This document shows positions 62,188 to 64,000 of a stretch of DNA of 64,000 nucleotides, piece by piece. This DNA is from an uncultured Acidobacteriota bacterium (GTDB taxonomy: Bacteria; Acidobacteriota; Thermoanaerobaculia; UBA5066; Gp7-AA6), in the NCBI GenBank assembly GCA_963811425.1, contig CAWERV010000010.1, positions 14,072 through 78,071 of the forward strand. Reading direction: 5' to 3'. The notes under the pieces were generated by a model, which was not told the origin of the DNA, made no database searches, and saw only the letters and a program-made list of their open reading frames with translations. Within the stretch, counting starts at the first letter, position 1, and every line of letters starts with the position of its first letter. The translations under genes and the position numbers were made by a program.

Positions 62188-62979
62188 ATGGCCCGCGGAC
62201 TGTCGCGCTTCTGGCTCTGGACGGCTCCACTGACCGTCGGGATCATGGCGGCGCTCGTCCTCGGCGCAGGGCTCGTGATGGCGCTGCGGGGCGCGGCCGG
62301 CGTTCCGCTCGGGGAGCCGGCTCCCGCAAAGCCGCCGGCCGCGGCGGTCTCGAGGGGACACGACGGCGTCCTTCGGATCCTCGTCATCGGCGATTCCCTT
62401 GCCAAGGGGACCGGCGATGAGACCGGCAAAGGATTCGCGGTGAACGTGCTCGAGGCTCTCCGCAAGAGGGGGCCGGCCGAAATCACCAACCTCGCCGTCA
62501 ATGGAACCGAGTCAACCGAGATCCTCGCGCTCGTCGACAGCCCCAACGTCGCCACGCTCGCCGCCCGCGCGAGCCTCATCCTCGTCTCGGCAGGAGGCAA
62601 CGATCTCTCGCACGCCGCGACGCGCGGCTCGGCCCCCACGGCGATCGCGGATGCGCTGGCCCAGGCGCGCGGCCGCTACGTCCAGAATCTGCGTGCGATT
62701 CTCGCCGCGCTGCGCCGCGCGAACCCGGACGCGCCGATCTGCCTCCTCGGTCTCTACAATCCGTTCGAGGGCGATGCGGGCTCCGGCCGCATCGGCGCCT
62801 CGGTGATCCTCCAGTGGAACACGCTGATCGCCGAGACCGCCCTGGCGTTCCCGAAAGTGTCGGTCATCCCGACCTTCGACCTCTTCCAGGGACGCCCGGA
62901 CCGCCTCTCGGCGGATCACTACCACCCGAACGCCCAGGCGTACGAGGAGATCGCCCGGCGCATGCTGCAGGTGGTGTGA
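62188..62979 (+). CDS. SGNH/GDSL hydrolase family protein (membrane-anchored)
   Basis: 263 aa. N-terminal TM, then ILVIGDSLAKGTGD (GDS motif), ...GGNDL..., ...DHYHPN (DxxH). Confidence 0.75.
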   Translation: MARGLSRFWLWTAPLTVGIMAALVLGAGLVMALRGAAGVPLGEPAPAKPPAAAVSRGHDGVLRILVIGDSLAKGTGDETGKGFAVNVLEALRKRGPAEITNLAVNGTESTEILALVDSPNVATLAARASLILVSAGGNDLSHAATRGSAPTAIADALAQARGRYVQNLRAILAALRRANPDAPICLLGLYNPFEGDAGSGRIGASVILQWNTLIAETALAFPKVSVIPTFDLFQGRPDRLSADHYHPNAQAYEEIARRMLQVV

Positions 62980-62995
62980 GCGGGGGGTCGGCCCG

Positions 62996-63982
62996 CTACC
63001 CCGCGGCGCGATCCGCGTGTCTTCCGACGACCAGGGTTCGCGCGGCGGAATCGAGCGTGCTTCGGCCACCTTCCCTGCGACGGAGCATCGCGCCCCGCTC
63101 GCGCCACCACGCGGCGGCGTCCGCCTCCCTCCAGGCCGGGATGTCGCAGGCGGCGAGCGCCTCGCGAAAGGCGCGGGCACTCTCGGGTCTGCCGGCCGGC
63201 TCCTTCGCCAGGGCGGCCAGGACCAGCGCCTCGAGCCGGTCCGGGATCGGGCGGCCGACGCGGGCCGACGGCGCCACGGGCTGCGCGCTCAAGTGCTGCG
63301 CGAACACGTCCATCGCCGTGCCGCCTTCGAAGACGACCTTGCCCGTCAACAGAAAGTAAGCCACCGCGCCGACTGCGTAGAGGTCGCTTCGCCCGTCGAT
63401 TCGCTCCGGGCTCGAGATCGCCTCCGGCGCGATGTAATGCGGTGTGCCGAGCACGACGTTCTCGCGGGTCACTCCTCCGTCGACGCCCTTCAAGGGCTTG
63501 ACGAGGCCGAAATCGACGACCTTCGCCACGTCGGGCATGCCCCCGCGCTGGCAGAGCATGATGTTCGCGGGCTTGATGTCGCGGTGGATGAGCCCTACCC
63601 CGTGCGCCTCTTCCAGGGCCCGGCAGACCTGGCCCAGCACGTGGACGGCGCGGGCCGGCGGCATCGGGCCGTCGCGCCGCACGAGGTCGTCGAGGTCGAT
63701 GCCGTCGAGATACTCCATCGCGTAGTAGAAGATCCCGTCGGGAGTGCGGCCGTAGTCGTAGACCGCGACCGTGTTCGGGTTCGTCAGCAGTGAGGTCATC
63801 TGCACCTCGCGCTCGAACCGCGCGAGGTCGATCGGCCCGACGCGTTCGGGAGGCAGCAGCTTGATCGCCGTCGGCCGGCGCAGCAGCGCGTGGCTCGCCC
63901 GGTAGACGGCGCCCATGCCGCCCTCGCCGATCTTCTCCTCGAGGGTGTACTGGCCGAGGCGCCGCGCCTCGCTCACCTTCAT
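62996..63982 (-). CDS. serine/threonine protein kinase (Hanks-type)
   Basis: 328 aa. GEGGMGAVYRA (G-loop), AIK (VAIK Lys), HRDIKPANIM, DFG, GTPHYIAPE. Confidence 0.85.
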   Translation of the reverse strand: MKVSEARRLGQYTLEEKIGEGGMGAVYRASHALLRRPTAIKLLPPERVGPIDLARFEREVQMTSLLTNPNTVAVYDYGRTPDGIFYYAMEYLDGIDLDDLVRRDGPMPPARAVHVLGQVCRALEEAHGVGLIHRDIKPANIMLCQRGGMPDVAKVVDFGLVKPLKGVDGGVTRENVVLGTPHYIAPEAISSPERIDGRSDLYAVGAVAYFLLTGKVVFEGGTAMDVFAQHLSAQPVAPSARVGRPIPDRLEALVLAALAKEPAGRPESARAFREALAACDIPAWREADAAAWWRERGAMLRRREGGRSTLDSAARTLVVGRHADRAAG

Positions 63983-64000
63983 CCGCAGGCCGTAGATGAC

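Overview
High-GC (~69%) bacterial chromosomal segment with a gene content typical of soil Acidobacteria/Gemmatimonadetes-like organisms; it is housekeeping-dominated, not an obvious mobile or defense island. Recognisable genes include serS, two tRNA-Ser (GCT and TGA), a pyrK-pyrD-pyrF operon, a nadA-nadC-nadB operon, a dapB-dapA-dapD operon, an E1 alpha/beta fusion dehydrogenase and an arsR-arsI/cadI-acr3-arsC arsenic operon. There are also many secreted or beta-propeller proteins: CRTAC1, a sortilin/VPS10 BNR protein, a TolB-propeller/amidohydrolase fusion, an S1 protease with PKD domain, M61, M20 and S9/DPP-IV peptidases, a Ycf48-like protein, an LdtD-like L,D-transpeptidase convergent with a Tat-exported MepK-like DUF882 peptidase, and a flavin halogenase-like enzyme. 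The most unusual non-coding signal is a family of ~100-bp nested-palindrome (REP/MITE-like) elements built on GTCATCCCGAGG ... CGAGGGATCCCTTT-loop-AAAGGGATCCCTCG ... CTCGGGATGACA, present in at least 5 full copies and 1 half copy. Two of these loci carry tandem amplification of the arm units (2884-3258 and 42173-42380), and one sits inside the pyrK-pyrD operon. The second striking pattern is a strongly non-random distribution of frameshifts. There are about 13 in the 3.3-kb amidohydrolase gene, several in acr3, M61 and dapB, and single ones in dapA, dapD and a BNR protein. Around 25 kb of other long genes in the window are intact. Two of the shifts reconstruct as homopolymer-length indels, which points to local sequence-quality problems rather than true gene decay. 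No CRISPR array, integrase, transposase or phage gene was seen. The six-frame ORF track uses GTG/TTG as M and contains many long Arg/Pro-rich artefactual ORFs typical of high-GC DNA.
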